Part shown: one piece after another, positions 1-10,912 of the stretch
Numbering within the stretch: the stretch's first letter is position 1
Layout of the letters: every line of letters begins with the position of its first letter
NCBI GenBank assembly: GCA_051439505.1
Contig: JBFRWI010000167.1
Span: forward strand, 1 to 49,682
Direction: 5' to 3'
Length of the DNA stretch: 49,682 nt
Source of the DNA: Hormoscilla sp.
GTDB taxonomy: Bacteria; Cyanobacteriota; Cyanobacteriia; Cyanobacteriales; Desertifilaceae
The notes under the pieces: model-generated
The model's input: only the letters and a program-made list of their open reading frames with translations
The model's database searches: none
Told to the model about the DNA's origin: nothing
Position numbers and translations under genes: made by a program

Positions 1-1949
1 CTGTCCGAGAAAATTACTCCCCGCGATCGGGCTTTACCATTATCCCATTCTGGATAGATGCCATAACCATAGGCACCGCTATAGCGCCGAATGCGAGTGA
101 AGGCCCAATCTTTGTTTTCCCGGGCAATTACCAGTAATTCCGGCGGTGACAAGAAGCGATCGCCTTTCATGCATTGGCGCAAAGAAACAGAATTCAGCAG
201 CAAAGTTCCCGTGGCATCGGTTGTCCCCCGGGCACAAGCTTGAGGTTGCCGGCGAGACTTGGCATTCAATTGGGATTGATAAATTTCTACGGGTGAATTT
301 GCTACCGGGGAACCATCCGAGAGATGATTTACTCTTATTAACCCCGACTCCGGAAAGAATTGGGCAAAGACTCCCAAATTCGTCAACTGCACCATACCAT
401 AGTAACTAGCGTAGCGCCACTGTTGCCGACCTTCTCTCTCATAGGGATTGGTTTTTGCTTGCACTCCATAAGCTAGCATACCGGTGTCACCACCCAGCTT
501 ATCCCGTAAAGGGACGATCGCCTCAGTAGTTTGATTTTTCCGATCCGATACCGGGAAACTCTGCCAAGCATTGGGACTGGGTAACAGATCGTTACCGTCT
601 CCCCTGGGATAAGCAGAATCAGCATACACCAAATCCGTCGGTTTCACCACCCGATAAGCTGCTTGGTACTGCTTGTCTGGCAGATTGACTGTGGAAAAAT
701 TCAACTGCAAGTTGGTCCCAGCAGGGAATATATTCAGACCCGAAGGGGCCCACAAATCCGGTGCCACATCTCCCGTTTCATACTTGATGGTGACGGGTTT
801 GTCCAAAGTTTGTCCGTAGCGGTCCTGGAGGTTTTTCACCAGGGTAATTGTATAGCTAGTTGCCGGTTCTAAGGCCCAAGGATTCAGATTGACAAACCGG
901 GAGTTTTCATAGGCCCGGACGAGTTGGGGTGATGCTTTAGGCCCTGGAGTAACGGTGATATTTTCGATCGCAGAGTCGGCGACTAAACCATTATTAAATT
1001 TCAACTGGCCCCTACCCTTGACAAAGCGTCCGGAAGTTCCCCCCGCATTGGGTTTGCCCACAAACTCAATGCCCTCAAACTTCAGGGGCCTATAGGTTTC
1101 CAACTGACTGCTAAAGGGCATCTCACTCGGCATATTACCCCGCGCTGGCAATATCCCAGGGGTGAATTCCAAGCGGTAAGTCGTTGCTTTCGCCAGAGTT
1201 GTTCGGGGCGCGATCGTATATATCCAGTTGCGAGTTGAAGGATCGAACTCTGACTGAGATTCTCTATACTCAGATGACTTATCTTCTGCTAGGGCCACTT
1301 GCAGTTGAACTTGCTTATCGCTTCCCTGGGGAGTCAGTTGGATGCTGTCCTTAAGAGAATCCAGATTTAATTCTACATTAGAGGTGAATTCCAGAGTTGG
1401 TTTGAGATCGATGGGTTCATCCCTATCCCGGTACCGCCTTTGGGATGTTAAAGTTAAAGTCTTTCCCGGCAAATTTGTTAACTGGATCTCTTCCGTGTGG
1501 AAGGTCCATGCTAGATCCCGATCGAGACTATTATTTTCCAGATCCGCCAACCCCGCTTTCAGGGTAACTCTGATGCGGGTAGCTTTGGGCCAAGCTTTAT
1601 CTGCTTGAAATCCTACCATGCGGGGAGTCAAAAAGCGAAAGCGACCGGGTAAGGGCGGCATCATCTCAAACTTTTGCAATAGCGATCGCGCTTCGTCGCT
1701 GCCCAGACTTTCCACGGGAATGAGAGGATGTTTGAACCTAATTCTAACTTGATTGAGAGGTTCTGCTTCCCCCGTAGGACTAATTTCTTCGATCCAGTCC
1801 GGTAGTTCGGGCAGGGGTAAAGGGGAAACCGCCGGTAATGGTTCCGGTCCCCTGGCGATGTTTAAAATTCCACAGCCTGCCATCCCTACCATCAGGGTAA
1901 GGACAAGCAGGCAGTTCCAGGCAATTCTGAGGATTTTGTTTGCTTGCAT
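1..1949 (-). CDS. Alpha-2-macroglobulin family lipoprotein, N-terminal part (runs off the left edge; absent from ORF track)
   Basis: ATG at 1949 after an AGGAGG RBS. Manual translation gives MQANKILRIAWNCLLVLTLMVGMAGC (lipobox) then PELPDWIEEISPTGEAEPLNQVRIRFKHPLIPVESL. The same frame at the window edge reads SRGVIFSDR, the start of the MG2-domain motif. Confidence 0.85.
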   Translation of the reverse strand, partial: MQANKILRIAWNCLLVLTLMVGMAGCGILNIARGPEPLPAVSPLPLPELPDWIEEISPTGEAEPLNQVRIRFKHPLIPVESLGSDEARSLLQKFEMMPPLPGRFRFLTPRMVGFQADKAWPKATRIRVTLKAGLADLENNSLDRDLAWTFHTEEIQLTNLPGKTLTLTSQRRYRDRDEPIDLKPTLEFTSNVELNLDSLKDSIQLTPQGSDKQVQLQVALAEDKSSEYRESQSEFDPSTRNWIYTIAPRTTLAKATTYRLEFTPGILPARGNMPSEMPFSSQLETYRPLKFEGIEFVGKPNAGGTSGRFVKGRGQLKFNNGLVADSAIENITVTPGPKASPQLVRAYENSRFVNLNPWALEPATSYTITLVKNLQDRYGQTLDKPVTIKYETGDVAPDLWAPSGLNIFPAGTNLQLNFSTVNLPDKQYQAAYRVVKPTDLVYADSAYPRGDGNDLLPSPNAWQSFPVSDRKNQTTEAIVPLRDKLGGDTGMLAYGVQAKTNPYEREGRQQWRYASYYGMVQLTNLGVFAQFFPESGLIRVNHLSDGSPVANSPVEIYQSQLNAKSRRQPQACARGTTDATGTLLLNSVSLRQCMKGDRFLSPPELLVIARENKDWAFTRIRRYSGAYGYGIYPEWDNGKARSRGVIFSD

Positions 1950-2089
1950 ACTTCCTCCTGTGACAATAATTATTTTCTAACATATCTAGGGTGTGGTAAT
2001 GTTATATTGTCACAATTCTTAATATTATCGCCAAGTCCGAAGAGTAAATTATGTTATCATTACCGATGGCATAATATGAACAAAAACAC

Positions 2090-2674
2090 ATGAACGATCG
2101 CCATATAATTATAGCAGGTGTAGATGAGGTGGGCAGAGGAGCTTTATTTGGTCCTGTAGTCGCAGCGGCGGTGATTCTTCCAGATGATGCCCAGCAGATT
2201 ACCGCCCAATGGGGTGTCACGGATAGCAAACAACTTAGTGGCAAGAAAAGAAAGTCCCTGGTTACTCAGATCCGCGCGATCGCCTTAGAATGTCATATAG
2301 GCACGGCCTCGGTTGCCGAAATTGCAAAGATTAATATTTTGCAAGCTTCTCTGCTGGCCATGAAGCGGGCGATCGGCCAACTAAATGTAGAACCGGATCT
2401 TTGTCTAATTGATGGCAATCAACCTATTCCCGATTTACCATTCCCGCAAGAAACTATAATAAAGGGAGACAAACTAAATCAGGCGATCGCCTGTGCGAGT
2501 ATCATCGCCAAGGTATGGCGAGACAACCTGATCGTCGAGGAGTCGGAGAAATATCCAGAATACGATCTAGCAGCAAACAAAGGTTACCCTACACCTCGTC
2601 ACAAGGCAGCTTTGCAAAAATACGGTCCCACCCCTCTGCACAGGATATCCTGGAAATCTGTGGGTAATGGATAA
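2090..2674 (+). CDS. rnhB: Ribonuclease HII
   Basis: AGVDEVGRGALFGPVVAAAV, DSKQLS, LIDGN, KGD and NKGYPT motifs. Confidence 0.97.
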   Translation: MNDRHIIIAGVDEVGRGALFGPVVAAAVILPDDAQQITAQWGVTDSKQLSGKKRKSLVTQIRAIALECHIGTASVAEIAKINILQASLLAMKRAIGQLNVEPDLCLIDGNQPIPDLPFPQETIIKGDKLNQAIACASIIAKVWRDNLIVEESEKYPEYDLAANKGYPTPRHKAALQKYGPTPLHRISWKSVGNG

Positions 2675-2694
2675 TGGATAATTATGGGATGTAT

Positions 2695-3020
2695 CGGGCG
2701 ATCGCATTTGTGTAGGGGCACGGCATCAGTAACATTTGCATCCTCACCGAAATATATCTATTGCCGTGCCCCGGGGAGGCATTGGCGATCGCATTATCGG
2801 AGTGAATATTTTATTGGCGATGGCGTTAGGCCGGGGCACGGCAGGATATAATTGACATCCTTATCCGACAATTTTCGCCCCTACGATAAATGGTTAAAAA
2901 TGGGTGTTCGCATTATGTAAATAATATGTTTTCTTGGCGATCGCGTTGAACCGGGCGCGGAAATAACATTGGCATCATCACCAAAATAAATTTAATCCCA
3001 TGCCTCTGGAACCCCCGGCG
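2695..3020. repeat. Cluster of degenerate GTAG-type REP-like palindromes (GTAGGGGCACGGC...GCCGTGCCCC), about 3 diverged units
   Basis: GGGGCACGGC at ~2715 and ~2833, GCCGTGCCCC at ~2763, CGCCCCTAC at ~2876; another half-copy at ~14763. Confidence 0.6.
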
Positions 3021-3285
3021 GTTAATGATAACAGAAGCTTTGACTTATGTCCACATGCGATCGCCCGAACATCCCCGATCGCCCCAATGCCCGATCGCCC
3101 CAATACCTCGTATGTTTTGCATATAGCTTGTCATTGCGAGGGAATGTTCGTTAACCTTTCCCCGAAGCAATCCCCTCGCCGTCTGGGCTATTTACACTCT
3201 TGTGCCAAGCTGAAATTATAATTGGTAAATCAATGAGCAATTGACAATTAACAATTGACAATTTCCCATTGACAATTTCCCATTC

Positions 3286-5304
3286 TCAAAGAGTTGATTC
3301 CAGGATATGTTGGAAATGGACTACATCTTGGCGGGGGTCGGCGTAAGTTACCTTCAATTCGATCCGATCGCCCGGTTCGACGTAATTAGTAAAACGCATG
3401 CCCAACTCCAAACCCAGTTCTTCCAATAATACTAGAGCCAGATTATCATCCTCTCGCAGCCAGCGCAGCACCAACCCTTGCCACACCCGATCGGGATTGC
3501 GTCGCAAATATTCCAAACCCCAATAGCGATTTGTCTGGCGTTCTACCCAGACCGCTTCCGAGGCGATCGGGCCAATAGAGACCATCACTTCTCGCAGTTG
3601 ATCTTCGGAAAAAGGCAAGGGTTCTCCGCGCAAATGGGCCTTCAATTGAAAATGAGTCAACAGGTCAGTATAGCGGCGGATAGGAGAAGTTACCTGAGTG
3701 TAGCAATTCAAGCCTAAACTGGCATGACGACTTGGCGTGATACTCATTTCACTTTTCGGCATGCAGCGGCGAATGGCCGAGGCCCGGACCGGTCCCGCTG
3801 GTAATAGTAGCAGTTCTTCTGCTGGCGGCAACTCCGGTTGCGGTTGACCCCGAAAGGGTAAAGGGAGATTGTGGGTTTGACCGTAGTGGGCCGCTACTTC
3901 GCCCCCTAGAATCATCATTTCGGCCACGGTGCGCCGGGACACCGAGTCCTCTAAGACCTCGATGGTGATTTCATCGTCCTTGACTTTAATTGACGCCTCT
4001 GGCATCGAGATACTGATCGCCCCTTGAGAGTCACGCCATTGCTTGCGCAGCTGTGCCGCCGAGGCGATCGCCTCTATTTCCGGTTCCGCCTTTACCCCCA
4101 GTTGCAGCATTTCATCGACATCATCGTAGGTGAGGCGATAGGTCGGCTTAATCAAGCTAGTGTGGATGCTATAATCTTGCACAGCCCCTGTCTCATCCAA
4201 GACCACGCCAAAGCTGAGAGCACAGCAAATTTTCCCCTGAACCAGACTCATCGGGCCCGTCGCCATCTCTGCGGGAAACATCGGTATCATGCCCGTCGGC
4301 ATATACATCGTCGTTCCCCGGCGTCTCGCCTCCAGGTCCAACTCATCCCCTGGGGACATCCATCGGGTCGGGTCAGCAATATGGATCCACAGTCGCTGCC
4401 GACCGTCGGACAACTCCTCCCAACTCAAACCGTCATCTATTTCCTTCGTACTCTCATCATCAATGGTGTACACCTTGAGATGGGTGAGGTCTAAGCGATT
4501 AGTGTCTAGATCCGCAGGCGTTGCATTCAGATAGCATTGAACCACTTCCAGTACCTTTGTAGAGAACTCTGTTGGGATTTGACTCCGCCGCAGAAACAAA
4601 TTTTCATGATAACTCCAGAGACCTAATTCTACCAAGAGGTCGAAAGCTGCTGGGGGGTTTGGCGGTCGTTCTAGAATTTTCAGAGTTTCCGTCGCTGCTG
4701 GGGCCGGTTTGAAACCCTCCGTTACCCCGCCCTTGGCCGCCAACTGTTCTAAGGCTTCTAAACGGGGGCGATCGCTACTTTGCCACTCTACCACCTCACC
4801 CGTTAATGCCTGCTGGAGACGAGTCAAAAATTCCTGGGACTCCTGCTGGCGCTGCTTTTCCACCTCCTGCTGGTGCTTTAGTTCCGCCACCATCCCTGCC
4901 GGACGGGGTTCGTAGCGATCGCCCTTTTGCTTGAAATACAATTTATCCGTACAGAGCATACAATAGGCTGCATAGCATTGAGCCGGACTTTGCTCTGAAA
5001 ACAGCAACTGTGCCATTCCCTCGGGGTCGATCGCTTCGGCATCTTCCACCAATAATTCCCAAGCTACTTCTATACTTGAGGGGTCGATGTAACCTTCCAC
5101 TTCCCCCATGAATCCCGGTATTTCTTCCGGTTGATATGTCTCCCCCTCTACCTCATAGCTTACCTGCTGCGGTTTGATCGAATGGGCCTGACCTCGTTCA
5201 TCTACCACGATCCAGTTTTTTTTGCCCTCTGGACGGTCTGCTACTGCCAGACGCCGGTCTCCTTGCAGCCTAAATTCTATCAGCCTTCCCTTTTCCAGAG
5301 CCAT
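3286..5304 (-). CDS. RNB-domain exoribonuclease (RNase II/R family)
   Basis: TIDDESTKEIDDGLS catalytic motif, IHIADP, YTQVTSPIRRYTDL. Confidence 0.95.
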   Translation of the reverse strand: MALEKGRLIEFRLQGDRRLAVADRPEGKKNWIVVDERGQAHSIKPQQVSYEVEGETYQPEEIPGFMGEVEGYIDPSSIEVAWELLVEDAEAIDPEGMAQLLFSEQSPAQCYAAYCMLCTDKLYFKQKGDRYEPRPAGMVAELKHQQEVEKQRQQESQEFLTRLQQALTGEVVEWQSSDRPRLEALEQLAAKGGVTEGFKPAPAATETLKILERPPNPPAAFDLLVELGLWSYHENLFLRRSQIPTEFSTKVLEVVQCYLNATPADLDTNRLDLTHLKVYTIDDESTKEIDDGLSWEELSDGRQRLWIHIADPTRWMSPGDELDLEARRRGTTMYMPTGMIPMFPAEMATGPMSLVQGKICCALSFGVVLDETGAVQDYSIHTSLIKPTYRLTYDDVDEMLQLGVKAEPEIEAIASAAQLRKQWRDSQGAISISMPEASIKVKDDEITIEVLEDSVSRRTVAEMMILGGEVAAHYGQTHNLPLPFRGQPQPELPPAEELLLLPAGPVRASAIRRCMPKSEMSITPSRHASLGLNCYTQVTSPIRRYTDLLTHFQLKAHLRGEPLPFSEDQLREVMVSIGPIASEAVWVERQTNRYWGLEYLRRNPDRVWQGLVLRWLREDDNLALVLLEELGLELGMRFTNYVEPGDRIELKVTYADPRQDVVHFQHILESTL

Positions 5305-5383
5305 TTTCTAGTTAGCCATAGCGTTTGCCACTAGCTTAGCCCAATAGGTGTCCCTTGTCAGTTGTCTGTTGTCTGTTGGGTTC

Positions 5384-5485
5384 GGTGGGCCGTGCCCACC
5401 GTGGTCAAAACCGGTTGGTTGTTGTTGGCCTCTTATGGTGGGCGGTTTATGGTGGGCGGTTTATGGTGGGCGGTGCCCACCCTAC
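5384..5485. repeat. REP-like palindrome family GGTGGGC(NN)TGCCCACC(CTAC) with 14-bp tandem TTATGGTGGGCGGT x3
   Basis: Copies at 5384, 5465, ~8842, ~8882, ~12764, ~26089, ~44025, ~46339, ~49386, all intergenic or at gene ends. Confidence 0.85.
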
Positions 5486-5510
5486 TAATACACCCGTACA
5501 CCCGACATGA

Positions 5511-5729
5511 TTACGCTTCTTTATTCACGAATGGCAACAAAGCCAATATTCTGGCACGCTTGATTGCTTGGGTCAAGTCTCTTTGTTGCTTGCAAGTCAG
5601 GCCCGTTATCCGGCGCGGCAAGATTTTTCCGCGTTCGGTGATATATTTGCGCAGCAGATCGACATCTTTATAGTCGATCGGCTCTTTTGGCGAAATCGGA
5701 GAAACTCTACGACGATAGAAACCTGCCAT
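5511..5729 (-). CDS. rpsR: 30S ribosomal protein S18
   Basis: [26 protein letters not shown]...[13 protein letters not shown]. Confidence 0.99.
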   Translation of the reverse strand: MAGFYRRRVSPISPKEPIDYKDVDLLRKYITERGKILPRRITGLTCKQQRDLTQAIKRARILALLPFVNKEA

Positions 5730-5796
5730 AAATCTGTTGTCCTTTATCAGTTGTCAATTGCCAATTTGCAGTCGCAGCACCGCAGGCGGTACTATT

Positions 5797-5994
5797 CTAC
5801 TTGATTTCCTTGTGAACCGTATGCTTGTTACAGTGGGTACAGAACTTTTTCAGTTCCAACCGGGCTGTAGTGTTGCGGCGATTCTTGGTGGTGGTGTACC
5901 GGGATACACCTTTCGAGCGCTTATCGGTGTTAGTGCGACACTCAGTGCATTCGAGAGTGATCACCAGACGGACATCCTTACCCTTCTTTGCCAT
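5797..5994 (-). CDS. rpmG: 50S ribosomal protein L33 (CxxC/CxxC form)
   Basis: ITLECTEC...[33 protein letters not shown]; adjacent to rpsR. Confidence 0.99.
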   Translation of the reverse strand: MAKKGKDVRLVITLECTECRTNTDKRSKGVSRYTTTKNRRNTTARLELKKFCTHCNKHTVHKEIK

Positions 5995-6028
5995 TTTCCC
6001 TTTGTGGTCTAGAATTTAACGCAATTTC

Positions 6029-6610
6029 TCATCTTCGCACATCCCGGTTAAAATTGGCAAATAATCTTTTCAGTCTCAGGTCGAGGGAGTAACCCCGGCG
6101 GGTGCCGACTACAATAGTATCGGCGATCTGGTCGTGGAAAGCTTGCCTGAGTTCCCGATCGACATAGGCAAAACCACAGTCGATCGGTAAAGGAATCATC
6201 AGCAGGACCGCCCAGGCATTTACGGGAGAAAGGTAGTAAATGCCCATCAGAGCTAACATGGCCCCAGTACCGAGGATGCCCTCCCGCTGGCATAACTCCA
6301 TAATCCCGGGAACTCTACCGTATTGGGGGTCTACCACCTTCAGATCCAGAGCATAGCGTCCCAGACTCTGGCTCTTATTTTTTGCCGCGACGATTACCCG
6401 CAGGCTGAACCAGGCGACGATAAATGTGGGGATTAGCAGATTGGCCAAAAATAAGCTTACTAGGCCTGCGAGGAAAAAGTCAATGGCAAAGGCGGCACTC
6501 CGACGCCACAGCGGTACTCTGGGAAGGCGAGTATAAGCCGGTTCTTTGAGCATACTGGAGTCTGATGGTCTTGGCTTCACCAATATACTACTTTTGGCAA
6601 TGGTCGGCAA
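6029..6610 (-). CDS. RDD family membrane protein
   Basis: WRRSAAFAIDF (R, D), QSLGRYALDLKVV, RQAFHDQIADTIVV (D). Confidence 0.9.
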   Translation of the reverse strand: MPTIAKSSILVKPRPSDSSMLKEPAYTRLPRVPLWRRSAAFAIDFFLAGLVSLFLANLLIPTFIVAWFSLRVIVAAKNKSQSLGRYALDLKVVDPQYGRVPGIMELCQREGILGTGAMLALMGIYYLSPVNAWAVLLMIPLPIDCGFAYVDRELRQAFHDQIADTIVVGTRRGYSLDLRLKRLFANFNRDVRR

Positions 6611-6962
6611 CCGCAGGTGGATATCGCCCCAGGCGATCGCCCAGTTAGCCCATATACGTGAGGGAAGTAGTTCGTAGTTATTATCCGCCCGTCACGTAAT
6701 CATGCGGGTTTGAGGCAAATCTATCTCTCAGAGAGTTCGGAATTTGAGTAGCTGTCGCACTGACGTCCTACTCCCTTCTACAGCGACCAATCTCTCGGGG
6801 TTGCGGGTGGGATCGCTGCCTTCGGTAATTTTGGTAGCATCGATCGCTTTTATCTGTGCAATGCAGGTGATTTTAGATTCCCTGGGGAAGTAGTAACATG
6901 GAGGATAGCCTCGCCCCCCCCGATCGGAACAAGCATACATCCTGTAAACTTGGAGTTCAGTC

Positions 6963-7373
6963 ATGACCTCGACGTGGAATGAATCTCTGAAAATTGGTAT
7001 TCCTCTAATCGATCTACAGCATCAACAGTTGCTAGAGCAAATGGATCGCCTCACGGAAGCGATGGAAAATCAAAAATCTCTCCAAGAGATTCGGAGGATA
7101 TTAATTTTTTTGGACCAGTATGTGGATACTCATTTTAACTATGAAGAACAATGCATGCACATTAATAAATGTCCGGTGGCTGCTAAAAATAAAAATGCCC
7201 ACGCTCATTTTCTGAAAACATTGAAGTCCATTCACGATCGGATAGAACAGCAAAAATATAGCAGCAATGGACTGATTGCTCAGATCGATATAGAATTAAA
7301 AAATTGGTTTGTCAATCATATTAAAGGGATTGATACGCAACTTACTCCCTATGTGAATAGGGGAAAGAAGTAG
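6963..7373 (+). CDS. Bacteriohemerythrin-like single-domain protein
   Basis: W...IGIPLIDLQHQQL, HFNYEE, NAH, WFVNHIKGID. Confidence 0.92.
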   Translation: MTSTWNESLKIGIPLIDLQHQQLLEQMDRLTEAMENQKSLQEIRRILIFLDQYVDTHFNYEEQCMHINKCPVAAKNKNAHAHFLKTLKSIHDRIEQQKYSSNGLIAQIDIELKNWFVNHIKGIDTQLTPYVNRGKK

Positions 7374-7606
7374 AATTGATTAATTTCCTTATCGGCCTGC
7401 TAATAATAAGTTAGCAGGTATATTTAATTGTAAAAATAGGCGATCAGGTTAGGTTAGGGAAGAAAGAGTTTCCGCGATCGAGTAAACAAGTAAAAAATTT
7501 GGCTTGCACCAGATATTGATTATCTGTACCCCGCTCCTCACATTTTTAGCTATCCCAAACTGGCTAATGCTATAATATCTACATCAGTTGTGAGAAAATA
7601 TCGCCA

Positions 7607-8842
7607 ATGCTACCAGGATCTCAAGCAGAAACTATCATTTTAGACTTGGTGCAACCCCTGTCCGGACAGGAAAATGTGGAAGTATTAAACTTGCTAGACC
7701 TGCCCGATCGCATTTTAGCGGCCCCGGTAAGCAGTAACCTGGACTTTCCCCACTGGGATAACTCGGCGATGGACGGGTATGCGGTGCGGTTTGCGGATGT
7801 CAGCAGTTGTAATGCCGAAGAACCAGCGGTATTAGAAGTTATCGAAGAAATTCCCGCAGGATATCAGCCTCAATGTACCATTGGTCGGGGACAAGCGGCC
7901 CGAATTTTGACTGGTTCCATGATGCCCGATGGTGCGGATACGGTGGTCATGCAGGAAGAAACGAAACTAGAGGGTACGCGCCTGTTAATTTTCTCTCCTC
8001 CAGAGTCCCGGGAAGCATTTGTACGACATCGAGGTGCTTTTTATCAGGCGGGAAACCCCTTGTTAATGCCAGGAATATGTTTGAATGCCCCGGAAATTGC
8101 GGTGCTAGCAGCGGCCCAATGTACGCAAGTAACGGTTTACAGGCGTCCCCGGGTGGGAATTTTATCTACGGGTAGCGAGTTGGTGACGCCGGAACAACCT
8201 TTACAAACGGGTCAAATTGTAGATTCTAATCAATATGCTTTGGCCAGTTTAGTCCGGCAGGCGGGTGCTATTCCCCAGATGTTAGGTATTGTCCCCGACG
8301 ATCGCCAGGCAATTCAAGAGGCGATCGGGTCTGTCTTGCCCAATGTAGATATGGTACTATCATCTGGGGGAGTTTCCGTGGGAGATTACGACTATGTCGA
8401 ACAAATTCTGTCAAACTTGGGGGCGGAAATTAAAATTAAATCTGTTGCTGTAAAACCCGGGAAACCTCTGACAGTAGCAACATTCCAGCAACCTCAATTC
8501 GTGTTATACTTTGGTTTGCCAGGAAATCCAGTTTCTGCTTTGGTAAGTTTTTGGCGGTTTGTCCGACCGGCAATTAAAAAAATGTCCGGACTGGGCCGAG
8601 GATATTTACCAGAGTTCGTCCAGGGGGTGACGCGGAATGAATTGCGTGGGGGTGGCAAGCGAGAAACATATCTCTGGGGGACATTGCATTTTTCAGAGAA
8701 TGAATGTGCATTTGAGTTGGCAAAGGGCAGTCATAGTTCTGGTAATTTAATTAATCTAGCGGGAACGAATGCTTTGGCAGCTGTGCCCCTGGGAGAAAAG
8801 GCGATCGCCCCAGGTTCTGTAGTGCGAGTGTTAAGGATGTAG
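7607..8842 (+). CDS. moeA: Molybdopterin molybdenumtransferase (gephyrin-like)
   Basis: NSAMDGYAV, STGSEL, DSN, SSGGVSVGDYD, VKPGKP, GLPGNPVS. Confidence 0.97.
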   Translation: MLPGSQAETIILDLVQPLSGQENVEVLNLLDLPDRILAAPVSSNLDFPHWDNSAMDGYAVRFADVSSCNAEEPAVLEVIEEIPAGYQPQCTIGRGQAARILTGSMMPDGADTVVMQEETKLEGTRLLIFSPPESREAFVRHRGAFYQAGNPLLMPGICLNAPEIAVLAAAQCTQVTVYRRPRVGILSTGSELVTPEQPLQTGQIVDSNQYALASLVRQAGAIPQMLGIVPDDRQAIQEAIGSVLPNVDMVLSSGGVSVGDYDYVEQILSNLGAEIKIKSVAVKPGKPLTVATFQQPQFVLYFGLPGNPVSALVSFWRFVRPAIKKMSGLGRGYLPEFVQGVTRNELRGGGKRETYLWGTLHFSENECAFELAKGSHSSGNLINLAGTNALAAVPLGEKAIAPGSVVRVLRM

Positions 8843-8959
8843 GGTGGGCGGTGCCCACCATCTCTGTAGTGAAGGATGTATGGTGGGCGGTGCCCACCAT
8901 CTCTGTCCACCATCTCTGTAGAGATCGGAAAAAGTAAGTGTCACCAGGAGGCAAATCAC

Positions 8960-10849
8960 ATGTATACTGCTATAAATAAGGAATCGATACCACCGTTAAT
9001 CCCCCGCAAGATCCTGTTTGGGAACCCAGAACGGATAAATCCTCAAATATCCCCAGATGGGCTATATCTGGCATATATGGCCCCGGACGAGAAAAATGTT
9101 TTGCAGGTGTGGTTGCAGACTCTGGGACAAACGGACGATCGCCAGTTAACAAAGGAACCAAAGCGAGGGATAAAATCTTATAGTTGGACCTATAGGGCGA
9201 ACCAGCTAATTTATAGACAAGACGCGGATGGAGATGAAAATTTTCACCTGTACTTGGTGGATTTAGAGTCGGGGTTGGTCCGGGACTTGACCCCATTTCA
9301 GGGGGTGAAAGCGGAAGAATTGGAAATGGTGGAGGCATTTCCAGATGAAATATTAGTAGGATTGAATCTCAAAAATCCCAGCTTGTTCGATGTATACCGC
9401 ATTAACCTGAAGAATGGGGCAGTGGAGTGGGATACAGAAAATCCGGGGAATGGGATCTCCTGGAAGGCGGATGCGAATTTGCAGGTCAGGGCGGCGATCG
9501 CCACGACGGCGGAGGGCGGTTACGACCTATTATACAGAGAAACGATGGACAAACCCTGGGAAATTCTGGACCATTGGGGACCGGATGAGGAGGGGGAAAT
9601 AGTCGGTTTTGCTGCTGATGGCAAAACCCTGTATTTTGTGGGCAATCATGATGCCAATGCCTACCGTTTGATGGCGATCGATCCTCAGACCGGGGCGGAA
9701 ACAGTAATGGCAGCAGATGACCAATATGATGCGAAGAATGTGCTAAAACACCCAACAAAGGGGACGATGGAGGCGGTTTCTTTCTACAAGCAAAGAGAAG
9801 AATGGCAAGTTCTGGACTCATCGGTGGCGGCAGATTTTGAGGCAATTGCGAAAGTCCGCCGAGGTGACTATAGCATTATTAGCAGAAATTTAGCGGACAG
9901 TTGCTGGCTAGTAGCTTACCAGACAGATGATGGTCCCGTTTATTACTATAGCTACGATCGGGCCTCTAAAACCAGTACGTTGCTGTTTAGCGATCGACCG
10001 CAACTGGAAGATTTACCCTTGGCGCCGATGCAATCAATTTCCTATCAGGCGCGGGACGGGTTAACCATAGAGGGATACTTAACCCTACCGATGGGAGATC
10101 CAGGCCCTTGGCCAGCAGTAATGCTAGTGCATGGCGGTCCGTGGGGGCGGGATGTTTGGGGTTACAATCCCCAGGTACAATGGTTAGCTAATCGGGGTTA
10201 TGCAGTATTGCAAGTCAATTATCGAGGTTCTGGGGGCTACGGTAAAGATTTCCTGAATGCTAGCAACCGGGAGTGGGGAGGGGCGATGCAGGATGATTTA
10301 ATCGATGGGGTAAATTGGTTGGTAGACCGAGGCATTGCTGACAAAAGCAGGATAGGGATTATGGGTACTTCCTATGGCGGTTATGCCACCTTGGTAGGAT
10401 TAACTTTTACTCCCGAGGTATTTGCTTGTGGAGTGGATATCGTCGGACCGAGTAATTTAGTGACGATGATAGAAAGTTTCCCCCCCTACTGGAAGTCCCT
10501 CCAGGCCATGCTTGTCCATCGGGTGGGAGATTGGCAGACGGAACCGGAGTTCCTAAAGTCCCGATCGCCTTTATTTTTCGCGGACCGAATTACCAAACCG
10601 CTGTTAATTGGCCACGGTGCCAAGGATCCCCGCGTGAAACAGGCAGAAAGCGAACAAATTGTCGAGGCCATGCGCCAGGCAGGGAAAGAAGTGAAATATA
10701 TCCTCTATACTGATGAAGGACATGGTTTTGCCAGACCGGAAAATCGACTGCATTTTTACGCGATCGCGGAGGAGTTTATGGCGGAACAGCTGGAAGGTCG
10801 CTTTGAACCGACAGGAAAAATCCCGGGTCATGCTGGTGTAATTAAATAA
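8960..10849 (+). CDS. S9 family peptidase (prolyl oligopeptidase/acylaminoacyl peptidase)
   Basis: VHGGPW, GTSYGG nucleophile, DPRV, DEGHGF. Start set to ATG 8960 after AGGAGG; the ORF-track extension from 8876 is translated REP repeat. Confidence 0.95.
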   Translation: MYTAINKESIPPLIPRKILFGNPERINPQISPDGLYLAYMAPDEKNVLQVWLQTLGQTDDRQLTKEPKRGIKSYSWTYRANQLIYRQDADGDENFHLYLVDLESGLVRDLTPFQGVKAEELEMVEAFPDEILVGLNLKNPSLFDVYRINLKNGAVEWDTENPGNGISWKADANLQVRAAIATTAEGGYDLLYRETMDKPWEILDHWGPDEEGEIVGFAADGKTLYFVGNHDANAYRLMAIDPQTGAETVMAADDQYDAKNVLKHPTKGTMEAVSFYKQREEWQVLDSSVAADFEAIAKVRRGDYSIISRNLADSCWLVAYQTDDGPVYYYSYDRASKTSTLLFSDRPQLEDLPLAPMQSISYQARDGLTIEGYLTLPMGDPGPWPAVMLVHGGPWGRDVWGYNPQVQWLANRGYAVLQVNYRGSGGYGKDFLNASNREWGGAMQDDLIDGVNWLVDRGIADKSRIGIMGTSYGGYATLVGLTFTPEVFACGVDIVGPSNLVTMIESFPPYWKSLQAMLVHRVGDWQTEPEFLKSRSPLFFADRITKPLLIGHGAKDPRVKQAESEQIVEAMRQAGKEVKYILYTDEGHGFARPENRLHFYAIAEEFMAEQLEGRFEPTGKIPGHAGVIK

Positions 10850-10912
10850 TGTCTGGTTGCCGAATTATCTGTGAGGAGTACGATCGCCAAAGAACGGGAG
10901 GAAGGGAAAGGA

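Noticed and set aside
146..1983. Short ORFs listed in the track (146-409, 663-872, 1342-1608, 1753-1980, 1780-1983)
   Set aside because: They are shadows of the long minus-strand alpha-2-macroglobulin gene, which the track misses because it has no stop in the window.
7531..7545. Yfr1 sRNA (CTCCTCACA-like motif)
   Set aside because: Incomplete match to ACTCCTCACAC, no flanking stem-loops seen, and not in the guaB-trxA context I recall.
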